Shown here: positions 35,772 through 45,057 of the stretch, piece by piece | Numbering within the stretch: position 1 is the stretch's first letter | Layout: every line of letters begins with the position of its first letter | Assembly: GCA_965248575.1 (NCBI GenBank) | Contig: CBDFJQ010000002.1 | Coordinates: 5,152,001 to 5,216,000 of the forward strand | DNA from: Planctomycetota bacterium | GTDB taxonomy: Bacteria > Planctomycetota > B15-G4 | Direction: 5' to 3' | Length of the DNA stretch: 64,000 nt | Program-made: the position numbers and the translations under genes | The notes under the pieces: generated by a model | Databases searched by the model: none | Told to the model about the DNA's origin: nothing | Seen by the model: the letters and a program-made list of their open reading frames with translations, nothing else

Positions 35772-37559
35772 ATGAGTGAGGGTTTGCGCGTGGTGTTCGC
35801 TCGCCTGCTCTTCGCGGCCCTGATCCTGGGGGCGTGGTTCCTGGACCAACCCGGGAGCACGGGGAGCTCCTCGGCTCCCCTTGCGGCAAACGGCTCGGGG
35901 CTGGCCGGCTTCTGCCTGGAAGAGGTTGCGCAATCCCTGGGTCTCGATTTTCAGCACGTAAGACCGACCTTCGATCGCCAGTTGGACAACATCGCGCCCC
36001 AGATCGCAGCCCTGGGCGCAGCCGTCTCCGTCGCGGATGCAGATGGTGACGGTCGGCCAGACCTCTACGTCACGAACAGTGCCTTCGGCCAGGCCAACGC
36101 ACTGTTCGTGAACCGTTCGGAGGGCACCGAGGGCTCCTTCGAGGAACGGGGGGCAGCCGCTGGTATTGCCCAGCTCAACTCCGCTGAGCGCGGTGTGAGC
36201 ATGGGGTCGGTCTGGGCGGACATGGACAACGACGGCGACGAAGACCTTTTCGTCTACCGCTACGGATACCCCGCACTGTTCCGCAACGACGGGGGCCTGC
36301 AGTTCAGGGAGGTGACCGAGGGCTCGGGCCTGGAGCGCTGGATGAACTCCAATTGCGCCGTCTGGTTCGATGCGGACCAGGACGGTCTCGTGGACCTGTT
36401 TGTCGCCGGGTACTTTCGCGAAGACGTCAACCTGTGGGAGCTCAGCACCACCCGCATCATGCAGGACAGCATGGAGTTCTCGTCGAACGGCGGAAGCAAC
36501 GTCTTGTTCCGAAACCTGGGGGGCGGCCACTTCGAGGATGTGACCGAATCGGCCGGCCTGTCCAGCAATCGTTGGACCTTGGGTGCGGCTGCTGCGGATT
36601 TCGATGCGGACGGCCTCGTCGATCTCTACGTCGCCAACGACTACGGGGCCGAGGAGCTCTATCGCAATCTGGGACAGGGCCGCTTCGAGCGCGTCGATGC
36701 CGGCCTCGGTGACGACAGCAAGAGCGGGATGTGTGTCGCGCTCGGTGACGTCCAGAACCAAGGGCGCTTGGCCGTGTTCGTGACCAACATCTCGGAGCGT
36801 GGCTACCTCTTCCAAGGCAACAACCTGCGCTTGAACTACATGGCCGAGGGCGCAGGCTTCCTGAACATCGCCGAGGGTGCTGTCGCGGACTGCGGTTGGG
36901 CTTGGGGCGCGCAGATTGGCGACCTGGACAACGATGGGTGGCAGGACCTGTTCGTGGCCAACGGCTTCGTGACCGGGGAGGAGGGTGCCGGGAGCTACTG
37001 GTACGGCATGTCCCAACTGGGCGTGTCCGCCGGCGGGCTCCTGGAAGATGCCGCCCACTGGCCGAGCATGGGGGGGATGGATCTCTCAGGCAGCGAGCGC
37101 TCGCGGGTGTTGCTCAATCGCAACGGCCGCTTGTTCAAGGAGGTCGGCGAACAGGTTGGGGTCGAGGATCGCTTCGACGGGCGGGCTGTCGCCCTCGTCG
37201 ACCTTGGCAACCGTGGTGCCCTGGACGTGGTCGTCGCGAATCAGGGCGGGCCTCTCGTGGTCTACCGGGCACAAGCTCCCGAAGGCCACCACTGGGTGAA
37301 GTTCCAGCTGAGAGGGGTCTCGTCCAATCGTTCGGCCATCGGCGCCACGGTGGAGCTGCGGGCGGGCGAGATCCACACCGTGCGCGTCGTGGATGGTGGC
37401 TCGGGCTTCAGCAGCCAGAATGAGCGCCGTCTACATTTCGGATTGGGAGAGGCCGATTTGCTGGAGCAGGTTGTGGTGCATTGGCCGAGCGGGCAGGTTC
37501 AGCTGCTCACGGGCTTGGGCGTCGACCAGACCCATGTGCTGCAGGAGCCCGCGCCATGA
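35772..37559 (+). CDS. CRTAC1-like FG-GAP repeat protein with ASPIC/UnbV domain
   Basis: Signal peptide, repeated DxDxDGxxDLxV motifs, C-terminal NRSAIGA..GGSGFSSQ..LHFGLG..HWPSG. Confidence 0.9.
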   Translation: MSEGLRVVFARLLFAALILGAWFLDQPGSTGSSSAPLAANGSGLAGFCLEEVAQSLGLDFQHVRPTFDRQLDNIAPQIAALGAAVSVADADGDGRPDLYVTNSAFGQANALFVNRSEGTEGSFEERGAAAGIAQLNSAERGVSMGSVWADMDNDGDEDLFVYRYGYPALFRNDGGLQFREVTEGSGLERWMNSNCAVWFDADQDGLVDLFVAGYFREDVNLWELSTTRIMQDSMEFSSNGGSNVLFRNLGGGHFEDVTESAGLSSNRWTLGAAAADFDADGLVDLYVANDYGAEELYRNLGQGRFERVDAGLGDDSKSGMCVALGDVQNQGRLAVFVTNISERGYLFQGNNLRLNYMAEGAGFLNIAEGAVADCGWAWGAQIGDLDNDGWQDLFVANGFVTGEEGAGSYWYGMSQLGVSAGGLLEDAAHWPSMGGMDLSGSERSRVLLNRNGRLFKEVGEQVGVEDRFDGRAVALVDLGNRGALDVVVANQGGPLVVYRAQAPEGHHWVKFQLRGVSSNRSAIGATVELRAGEIHTVRVVDGGSGFSSQNERRLHFGLGEADLLEQVVVHWPSGQVQLLTGLGVDQTHVLQEPAP

Positions 37560-38431
37560 GCGGCAGCAGCAGCAACCCCGATGCAGCAGCCCCGTCGCCG
37601 AGCGCGTCGCCTCCGGCCCTCAAGCGCTTCCGGTTCAGCCAGCTCAGCCCTTCCTGGCTGTTCGCAGGCTTGCTGACCTTGATCGTCGTCGCAGGGGAGG
37701 TCTTCTTCGACGCGCTGGGCGGCTATGAGCGCTTGGCGGTCGCCTTGGGGACGGCCATCGTCGGCGAGCACGTCTTTTCCTGGATGTTCGCCGGGCGCAA
37801 GGGCAACACCCTCAGTGCCTACATCACGGGCAACAGCATCCTCGTGTTGACGAAGCCCGCGGCCGGCTTGCTCTGGCCCTTCGCCGCAGGGCCGCTGCTG
37901 GCCATCCTCTCCAAGCATGCGCTGCGCTTCCGTGGGCAGCACATCTGGAACCCCACCAACCTCTCCTTCTCCATCCTCTTGCTCGTGGCGCCCGGCTCGA
38001 TCTCGATCTTGAGCCATCAGTGGGGCAACGACCTGGCGGTGGTCTTCGTGCTGATGGCCTTGGGGTTCCTGGTGGTGGGCAAGTCGCGACTCCTGCACGT
38101 CACCGGGACGTATGTGTTGGCGTTCCTGGTGCTCTCGGTTCCACGGGCTTGGATCAGCGGCCAGCCATTCCTGGGGGAGATCGCACCGATCACGGGCCCG
38201 GTGTCCATGCTGTTCATGTTCTTCATGATCACCGACCCGAAGACCGTGCTGAGGACGAAGGCGGGTCGGGTGAAGGTCGTGATCTTCGTGGCGCTGGCTG
38301 AAGCGTTGATCCGCCTCGGTTATCACTGGCAGCTGGCCTTCTTCGAGCCTTTGCTCAGAGCGCCACAGATCTTCGCTTTGGCCATCGTGGGGCCCGTCGC
38401 AAAAGTTTGGGAACTGCGTCGCGCTGGATAA
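37556..38431 (+). CDS. RnfD/NqrB-like (UnbU-like) membrane protein
   Basis: Multi-TM; SKHALRFRGQHIWNPTN, FFMITDPKT. ATGA overlap with the UnbV-like gene. Confidence 0.8.
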   Translation: MSGSSSNPDAAAPSPSASPPALKRFRFSQLSPSWLFAGLLTLIVVAGEVFFDALGGYERLAVALGTAIVGEHVFSWMFAGRKGNTLSAYITGNSILVLTKPAAGLLWPFAAGPLLAILSKHALRFRGQHIWNPTNLSFSILLLVAPGSISILSHQWGNDLAVVFVLMALGFLVVGKSRLLHVTGTYVLAFLVLSVPRAWISGQPFLGEIAPITGPVSMLFMFFMITDPKTVLRTKAGRVKVVIFVALAEALIRLGYHWQLAFFEPLLRAPQIFALAIVGPVAKVWELRRAG

Positions 38432-38458
38432 GCCTGACGCCTTTGGTACACCCACGCC

Positions 38459-39910
38459 GTGAGCAACCGCCCTTCATCCCGATCCTTGAGTGCCCCACAG
38501 CAGACGAAACTGCGTGAACTCCTTGCCGCGCGTGGGCACACGCTGCGCCAGAACGCCAAGAACAAATACCTCGCCTTCGAGGTGCGGACGGACGCCAAGT
38601 CCATCTTCTCCTTGTACACCTCAGGGAAGTTCGTGAGCACGGTCCGCGAGGGCGATGCGGAGGGCCTGGTCATCGAGGACGAGGTGGGGCAACTGCTCGG
38701 CGAGGCAGCACCTGCGAAGCTCCGTTCGGGGCCCGGGTCATCTGCGGAGCACGATCCCGCGATCACGACCCTGGCGGGTGTGGACGAAACGGGCACCGGC
38801 GAGTTGCTCGGCACGGCGATCCTTGCGGGGGCCTTGCTGCCTCGGGCCCTTGAAAATCCTCTGCACGAGCTCGTCGGGCATGTGGAGACCAAGGGCAAGC
38901 GGGCGGCGTCAGGCTGGGAACGCCTGGGCGCCGAGCTGGCCGCGATGCGGGCCGACGGCCTCGTGCTGTCGGCCTTGCCCATTCCAAATGCGCTCTTCGA
39001 CCGCTACTCGAAGAACGCGCTGCTCGACCTGGCCTATGTGCGGCTCGTCGGAGATCTCTTTGCGGGAGCGCGCGAGGTCCGGGGAGACAAGCCGTTGCAG
39101 GGGGTGGAGCTCGCCGTGGATGATTACGGTGTCGGTCAGCTCCTGAAAAGCGCTGCCAAGGTCTGGGCGGCCTCCGGGATTCGGGTTCGCATCGAGACCA
39201 AGGCCGATGATCGGTACCTCGCAGCTCGCGCTGCTTCCGTCTTGGCTCGCGCAACTCGTGCGAGGGAGATGGCAGGGCTGAGAGCTGATGCCACCGATGG
39301 CCCCTTGGGGACCGGCAACGCCGGCCATCGGGAGACGTTGTCCTGGTTGCGACGGCGGGCGCGAACGTCGGAGGGTTGGCCCTCCTTCGTGAAGACGTCC
39401 TTCCGCACCGTGACGGACATCGACGGCGTCGAAGCCGTGACCAAGGAGCCCTTGCCCAGGGTCTCGGACCTGCTCGACGAGCAGTCGGTGCCTGATTTCC
39501 TGGCGGGTCGGTTGGATGTGGGTCGAGCACGCATCCGGACCACCGGTTCGACGTTCTCGCAACGTTTTGAACTGCCAGCCCGAGGCGGGGCGCGCCGCCC
39601 AGCCTCGCTCGAGTTCCTGCCGCTGATCTGTGGGGGCCTCGTCCTCGACGAGAGCATCCCCCTGGATGTGCTGGATGAGCTGCTCGAGCGGGAGCAAGGG
39701 CTGGCATCCGGCTGGCGCATCCTGCTCGGGGCCGAGAGCGATCTGGATGACCCCTTTTTCCTCTCGTTGGCGAGAGCACACGCCCGAGGGGTGGTGCATC
39801 TCGTACCCACTCGGCACGCAGATCCAGCCGCGCGCGCGGCAGCGCACGCCGGCTTGCGAGTGCTCGCAGCGGGTCGCGCCGACGGTCTGCATGTCGTGCT
39901 CAGCAGCTGA
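38459..39910 (+). CDS. Type 2 RNase H, RNase HIII-like, with C-terminal extension
   Basis: N-terminal TBP-like segment (YLAFEV..SLYTSGKFV), GVDETGTGELLG, AVDD, KADDRYLAARAASVLAR. Confidence 0.7.
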   Translation: MSNRPSSRSLSAPQQTKLRELLAARGHTLRQNAKNKYLAFEVRTDAKSIFSLYTSGKFVSTVREGDAEGLVIEDEVGQLLGEAAPAKLRSGPGSSAEHDPAITTLAGVDETGTGELLGTAILAGALLPRALENPLHELVGHVETKGKRAASGWERLGAELAAMRADGLVLSALPIPNALFDRYSKNALLDLAYVRLVGDLFAGAREVRGDKPLQGVELAVDDYGVGQLLKSAAKVWAASGIRVRIETKADDRYLAARAASVLARATRAREMAGLRADATDGPLGTGNAGHRETLSWLRRRARTSEGWPSFVKTSFRTVTDIDGVEAVTKEPLPRVSDLLDEQSVPDFLAGRLDVGRARIRTTGSTFSQRFELPARGGARRPASLEFLPLICGGLVLDESIPLDVLDELLEREQGLASGWRILLGAESDLDDPFFLSLARAHARGVVHLVPTRHADPAARAAAHAGLRVLAAGRADGLHVVLSS

Positions 39911-39935
39911 GAGGGCGGGTGAAAGCCCGGGCCGC

Positions 39936-40706
39936 CTACCAGGCCTCGATCAAGCGCTGGCCCAGCATGTCCGGGAGGTCGGCTTCCCGGAAGATCAGCT
40001 CAGCTGCGGCGGCGAAGTCGTATTCGACCCGGCGGAAATGGGCGTGGCGACCATCCCACAGCGCGTAGGAAGCCCGGCGATCCCCATCTCGCGGCTGGCC
40101 CACCGAGCCGACGTTGATGAAGCAGCTCTTGCCTTCTGTGTCATAGCCATCGGCGCAGCCGGCAGGGGAGATCCAACGCAGCTCCTGGTCGATGACGCCC
40201 GGGACGTGGGTGTGGCCCACGAAGCAAGGGCGTTCGATGCGCTCGAAACATCGCGCCAGCTTGGGGCGCTCTTCCATCCGCTGAGGCAGGAACTCGAGGG
40301 TGTCCTCCCGGAACAGGTACTCATCCAGCGGGTGGGACGGAGAGCCGTGCACGAGAGTGGCGCTGTCGAGGTCCTTTCGCTCGGCGAGCTCCTCCAGAAA
40401 GGGCATGCCGTCGCGCATGGACTCGCTGCCGGTTTCCACCCGGCTGCGCGTCCACATGATGGCTGCGCTTGCGAGTGGGTTGAAGCCGAAGGGGCCTTCC
40501 AGGACAGCCTGCTCATGGTTGCCCTTGAGGGTGTGTGACGAGAGTTCGCGCACGACCTCCAGACACTCCATGGGTTGGGCCCCGTACCCGACGATGTCGC
40601 CGAGGCACCAGAACTGCCCGGCGCCTCGTGCTCGAGCATCGTCGACCACCGCCCCCAGTGCGTGCATGTTGCTGTGGATGTCGCTGATGATCGCGGTGAG
40701 CGTCAT
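39936..40706 (-). CDS. Calcineurin-like metallophosphoesterase
   Basis: SDIHSN, LGDIVGYG, GNHE, HGSP, GHTH, NVGSVGQPRDG. Confidence 0.92.
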   Translation of the reverse strand: MTLTAIISDIHSNMHALGAVVDDARARGAGQFWCLGDIVGYGAQPMECLEVVRELSSHTLKGNHEQAVLEGPFGFNPLASAAIMWTRSRVETGSESMRDGMPFLEELAERKDLDSATLVHGSPSHPLDEYLFREDTLEFLPQRMEERPKLARCFERIERPCFVGHTHVPGVIDQELRWISPAGCADGYDTEGKSCFINVGSVGQPRDGDRRASYALWDGRHAHFRRVEYDFAAAAELIFREADLPDMLGQRLIEAW

Positions 40707-40799
40707 GAGGTGCAGCCTCGAGGCGCAGGGCCAAGCAGGATGTAACGCATTCCTGCCCGGCTGCTGAGGGCCCAAGGATGCCGCGCAGAGCCGGTTGGA

Positions 40800-41735
40800 T
40801 CAACGAAGTCCACAACATCGGAGTGTGAAGTCCGCCAATTGGCCGGCGAGGTCGAGCGACGTGACCGTTTCGATTGCGGCGAAACCGGGGGCACTGTTCA
40901 CTTCCAGGATGAGGTCGTTTCCATCGGCATCTCGAATCAAGTCCACGCCGGCGACCTCCAGCTTGAGGTGCTGGGCGGCGGCCAACCCCAGGGCGCGTTG
41001 AGTTTCGGTCGGGGACCAAGGCACCGGAGCCCCGCCATACAGGACGCTGCCTCGCCCCTCCTGGGTGGGTACGCGTTCCATGGCGGCGGCGATCTCGCCG
41101 CCGATGATGAACAAGCGCCGATCGAAGCCCGCACCCACGAAACTCTGAAGCAGTGCCCCACCGCTGAGTTCGGCGAAGGCCACAGCGCTTCGACAAGCAG
41201 CCTCCCAACGGAGTCCGATGGTGACGCCGCGGCCGGAAGCCCCGCGACGTGGCTTCACCACGAATCGTTCGCCCGGGAGTGGGGGAATGTCTGGCTCCGA
41301 CAAGTCCAGCCTGGGTCCTACGGTGGGCGGGCGTTCGACAACACGCGTGGGTGGTACCGGGAAGCCCGCCTGGCTCAGGCTGAACAGGCACGCAGACTTG
41401 TCATGGGCCGCGGAGACGTATCGGGGGTGGTTGATCCACCTTTGATCCGCGAGAAGCTGATCGGCGTCGCCATCGAGACATGGGCTGAGTTCGTGCTCGG
41501 GGCCACCTGAGGGCAGGCGCACGACGGCTGCAGCTGGCGGATGTTTGCTGCAGAGTGCAACGAATTGTGCCGGACGGATCGGGTGGGCAGGGACACCTCG
41601 GCTGGCGAAGGCTTCGATCAGGCGAACGACCCCCGGCCCCCGGGTTCCGCGACAAACGATGGCGACCCAAACCGGTATCGTGGGGGGCTGCCCGCCACCG
41701 CCGGAAGAGGACCATGACTGTTCGATGCTTCGCAC
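40800..41735 (-). CDS. RimK-family ATP-grasp ligase (start uncertain)
   Basis: DK..L...G.PVPPT, VVKPRRGASGRGV, LLQSFV, AAMER, AGVDLI, LEVNSAPG. Nearest in-frame GTG is 41735. Confidence 0.75.
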   Translation of the reverse strand: MRSIEQSWSSSGGGGQPPTIPVWVAIVCRGTRGPGVVRLIEAFASRGVPAHPIRPAQFVALCSKHPPAAAVVRLPSGGPEHELSPCLDGDADQLLADQRWINHPRYVSAAHDKSACLFSLSQAGFPVPPTRVVERPPTVGPRLDLSEPDIPPLPGERFVVKPRRGASGRGVTIGLRWEAACRSAVAFAELSGGALLQSFVGAGFDRRLFIIGGEIAAAMERVPTQEGRGSVLYGGAPVPWSPTETQRALGLAAAQHLKLEVAGVDLIRDADGNDLILEVNSAPGFAAIETVTSLDLAGQLADFTLRCCGLR

Positions 41736-42529
41736 GGCTTTCGCCTCTGGTGTTGCTTGTGTGCAGTGCCCTTGGATGCGGCACGACCAGGGAGCGAGGG
41801 TACTACGCTCCGCTCGGGGCCGAGCTGACCGACTCGGCCAGTGCGCTTCGTGAGGCGCGAGACGGTCTCCTGATGGACATCCTCTGCCAGGGCATCTATC
41901 TGAACACGGTGGGCGGCCAGCAGCGGCTGACGGCTCACTTCCAGCTCGACATCTCGCGCACCAAGGCCAGCCAGCTCCTGATCCCCGTCGATGGCATGCG
42001 GTTGGACTTCGTGTACCCCGACGCGGGGCAGGCGGGTGAGGGCTCATCCCCTGGAGCTGCACCGGCCCTCGATGGGGGTGAGAGTCTGCCACCTCTCGAG
42101 GCGGATGGTGAGGATGTCGGATCGGCCGTGACTTCGAGGCAGGCTGGGCCAGAGCATCCCCGGGACTTCCGGTTGACGCCGCGCGAGGTCTGGAGCAGGC
42201 GGCATCAGGCGCACCAATCCGTCCTGGTGAACCCCTGGAGCAACAAGAGCCTGGACGTGTTCTTCGACCTGGAAGACATCGAGGCACCGCTGCCCTCGAT
42301 CCTCCGTCTTCGACTGCGAGCCGAGTCCGAGGGGGGCTGGGTCCACGTGGACTGCCAGTTTGCCCGCATCTACGAGGACGAGGGCGAGGAACCGGCGGGG
42401 CTGCCCACATCCGACAAGCAGTTCGGTGTGCGCAACGGCTACTATTTTCCTGGTTACGGAGCCCTCGGAAAGCGCGGGCTACGCGACTCCGTCGAGGCTC
42501 GGCGGCATTATCTCTTCCACGCTCCCTGA
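41714..42529 (+). CDS. Lipoprotein of unknown function
   Basis: GGAAGAGG before ATG; MTVRCFARLSPLVLLVCSALG-C lipobox; beta-rich domain. Confidence 0.65.
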   Translation: MTVRCFARLSPLVLLVCSALGCGTTRERGYYAPLGAELTDSASALREARDGLLMDILCQGIYLNTVGGQQRLTAHFQLDISRTKASQLLIPVDGMRLDFVYPDAGQAGEGSSPGAAPALDGGESLPPLEADGEDVGSAVTSRQAGPEHPRDFRLTPREVWSRRHQAHQSVLVNPWSNKSLDVFFDLEDIEAPLPSILRLRLRAESEGGWVHVDCQFARIYEDEGEEPAGLPTSDKQFGVRNGYYFPGYGALGKRGLRDSVEARRHYLFHAP

Positions 42530-42541
42530 CGCCCTGCTTCC

Positions 42542-44425
42542 GTGCGCATCGCCATCTTCCTGGGACTGATCGTGCTCAGCATCGCTTCGGCGGCGCTGTT
42601 CCTGAACGCGTCCCTCTCGGATTTCATCCGGGATCAGATCGATGTCGTCGGCCTGGGCGATGTGGTGCACTTCAAGGAGCTGCGCGCATCGTCCAAGAAC
42701 TCGGCCCGTGCACGGGGAGCCACCCTGACAGACCCGGAGACGGGCCGAGTCGTGGCTCATGTCGATCGTGTGGACGTGCGCTTGGATGTGCCCTGGAACA
42801 ACGGCCCTGACGTGCGCCTTGCCTCCATCAAAGGCAGCGGGGGGCGCGTCCTCTTGCGCTACGAGGAAGGAGACCTCGGGGTCGTCAGGGCGATCGGTGC
42901 CCTGGTCGACGGCATCTTCGCGCTGATCGAATCGCTTCAATCGGACGAGCCTGAACCCGATCAGGAATCCGCCCCGTATCCGGAGTTGCTGTTCGAAGAC
43001 CTGGAGCTCGTGGTTTTCAGCGAGGGTTATCCGCTGCAGCGCTATTCCAACTCGACGGTGAGCATTTTCGAGACCCCTGAGTTGGGTGTGGATGTGGTGC
43101 TCACGACAGGGCTCGATGGGGGCACCCTGGAGTTGCATTTCGGCGAGGCAGGCTTCCTGGGTTTCGAAACACGTGGCCTGCGGGTCAGCCCGGCAGTGAA
43201 CTCGTTGGACCCCATGAGCCAGGACATCCTGGCGAGCGGCTTCGAGGCTTCGGGCTTCCTGGACTCGCTGGTAGACCTCGTGGAAGAGCGGGCGTACGGC
43301 ACCTTGCGTGAAGCCTACGTGGTCACCACCTATGTGCCTTTCATCCTGGGGCCGGCCACGATCCCCTTCGACGTCGACAAGGACGGTGTGCTGCGTATCG
43401 AGAAGGCACGCATGGGTTTCCAGCCAGCGGAGGGTGTCGACACGGGCGAAGAAGTCAGGCGCGATGTGCAGCTGTCCATCGAAGCCCGGCAACACGACGC
43501 GCTGATCCTGGTGGATGTGGACGGCGCGGAGTTCGAAGAGAAGTTCCTGCAGCTGATTCCCGGTTACGAGGAATGGGAGGGTGTTCGTTGCTCGGACGCC
43601 GGAAGCTTCGAATGCCACATGCAGCTAGCGCTCAACGACATCACCGGTGAGGTGGAGTCGCTCGTGACAGGCGATGGCGGGCTCCACATCGAACGCGTGG
43701 ACATCGACGATGGTGGGCTCGTGCTGGAAGATGTCGTGGGGCGGTTCGAGGTCACGGAGCAGCAGGTGCTCAGCTTCCCCGAGATCAGCGCCCGGGTGTG
43801 TGGGGGGCGGGTGCGTGTGTCCGGGACGCTTGACCTCCTGACGGATGAGTTCCGCGTGTCCGTGTCCGTCGAGGACATCGATGCCGGGCAATTGCATCAC
43901 TGGCGGCAGAGGGAGACCGGGCGAGTTGACGAGATCGCCGGCTGGCTTCAGGGCCGGATCCAGGGGCAAGGCACGCTGCACCAACCGGAGACCTTCGTCG
44001 CGGACGGCCAGATCTCGGTGCGCGCCGGCAACTTCTGGGACACGCCGGCCTTCGAACAGATCCTGAAGGTGCTGACGCTGTCCCAGAACGTCGACGCACA
44101 CCAGCGGGTTCAGGCGGACTTCACCCTGCGCGACAAGGTGTTCCGGGTCCAACCGCTGGACATCCAGTCGGATGTGCTGTCCCTCACGGGGGGCGGCAGC
44201 ATCCGGTTCAACGGGCGCATGAACTTCGAGCTGCGCCCGGCTCCCGTGGGCTTCGGAATGGTGGGTGAGGTCCTGGATACCCTCAAGGAAGAGCTGCTGG
44301 TGAAGCTCGAGGTTCGGGGCACGGTGAACGACGCCCGGGTCACGGCCATCCCGCTGAACATCGTCGCGAGGCCGTTCAGGAGCTTCTGGAACTTCCTTTT
44401 TGGCGGCGAATCGAGCGACGGCTGA
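42542..44425 (+). CDS. AsmA-like (repeating beta-groove) envelope protein
   Basis: N-terminal TM anchor, long beta-rich body, CGGRVRVSGTLDL, LSLTGGGSIRFNG, LEVRGTVNDA, amphipathic C-terminal helix. Confidence 0.7.
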   Translation: MRIAIFLGLIVLSIASAALFLNASLSDFIRDQIDVVGLGDVVHFKELRASSKNSARARGATLTDPETGRVVAHVDRVDVRLDVPWNNGPDVRLASIKGSGGRVLLRYEEGDLGVVRAIGALVDGIFALIESLQSDEPEPDQESAPYPELLFEDLELVVFSEGYPLQRYSNSTVSIFETPELGVDVVLTTGLDGGTLELHFGEAGFLGFETRGLRVSPAVNSLDPMSQDILASGFEASGFLDSLVDLVEERAYGTLREAYVVTTYVPFILGPATIPFDVDKDGVLRIEKARMGFQPAEGVDTGEEVRRDVQLSIEARQHDALILVDVDGAEFEEKFLQLIPGYEEWEGVRCSDAGSFECHMQLALNDITGEVESLVTGDGGLHIERVDIDDGGLVLEDVVGRFEVTEQQVLSFPEISARVCGGRVRVSGTLDLLTDEFRVSVSVEDIDAGQLHHWRQRETGRVDEIAGWLQGRIQGQGTLHQPETFVADGQISVRAGNFWDTPAFEQILKVLTLSQNVDAHQRVQADFTLRDKVFRVQPLDIQSDVLSLTGGGSIRFNGRMNFELRPAPVGFGMVGEVLDTLKEELLVKLEVRGTVNDARVTAIPLNIVARPFRSFWNFLFGGESSDG

Positions 44426-44561
44426 GGGGCGACCGGAGGCCCTGGGGCACGCTGTCGAGAGGGGGTTCCGAGCCGTTCTCGAAGGTTGACCTCAGCGGCT
44501 GGTCCCCGCAGCGTCACAGACGGACCTCCAACGCCGGTTGGCTCGGAACAGGGCATCCTGT

Positions 44562-44567
44562 TAGAAT
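44562..44567 (+). promoter_or_regulatory. Putative sigma70-type -10 element of the arsC-like gene
   Basis: TAGAAT 50 nt upstream of ATG 44618 in otherwise GC-rich DNA. Confidence 0.4.
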
Positions 44568-44617
44568 GCTCCGCTTATGTTGGACCCGCAATTGGGTGAG
44601 AATCGGAGACGTCCTCG

Positions 44618-45034
44618 ATGGCCAAACCTAAGAATTTCCTGTTCATCTGCCGTGGAAACGAATCTCGCAGCCAAATGGCCGAGGGTTTCGCCCGGAAGAT
44701 GGCTGGAGGCAACATCAAGGTCTACAGCGCTGGGGAGAAGCCTGGCGACATGAACGCCCATGCCGTGGACGTCATGGAAGAGGTCGGGATCGACATCTCC
44801 AATCAGGAGTCCCTGGCGTTCGATGGTGTGCCGGTCAACAAGATCGACACCGTCATCACGCTCAGCTCGGATTCGGACCCCCTGCCCAAGAATCTGCGCA
44901 AGAAGGCCACCCAGATTCACTGGCCCCTCACCGATCCGGCCGCCACGAGTGGCAGCGATGCCGAGGTGAAGAAGGCTTTCCGCTCCGTTCGCGACGAGAT
45001 TCGCAACCGGGTGGAAGTCCTGCTGGTGGGCTGA
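44618..45034 (+). CDS. LMW-PTP/ArsC-fold protein with a single cysteine
   Basis: P-loop CRGNESRSQMAEG, SAG, EVGIDIS, HW..DP, FRSVRDEI. Confidence 0.85.
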   Translation: MAKPKNFLFICRGNESRSQMAEGFARKMAGGNIKVYSAGEKPGDMNAHAVDVMEEVGIDISNQESLAFDGVPVNKIDTVITLSSDSDPLPKNLRKKATQIHWPLTDPAATSGSDAEVKKAFRSVRDEIRNRVEVLLVG

Positions 45035-45057
45035 ACCTTCGGCCCCACGGGCCGTGC

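Noticed and set aside
29736..39910. HrpB + RNase H-like nuclease as an anti-phage defence system
   Set aside because: The genes are separated by unrelated genes, HrpB is a standard housekeeping-type helicase, and there is no defence-island context.
44577..44753. Out-of-frame upstream ORF starting 9 nt after TAGAAT and overlapping the arsC-like gene
   Set aside because: No coding features, and the main gene has its own GGAG RBS; likely chance.
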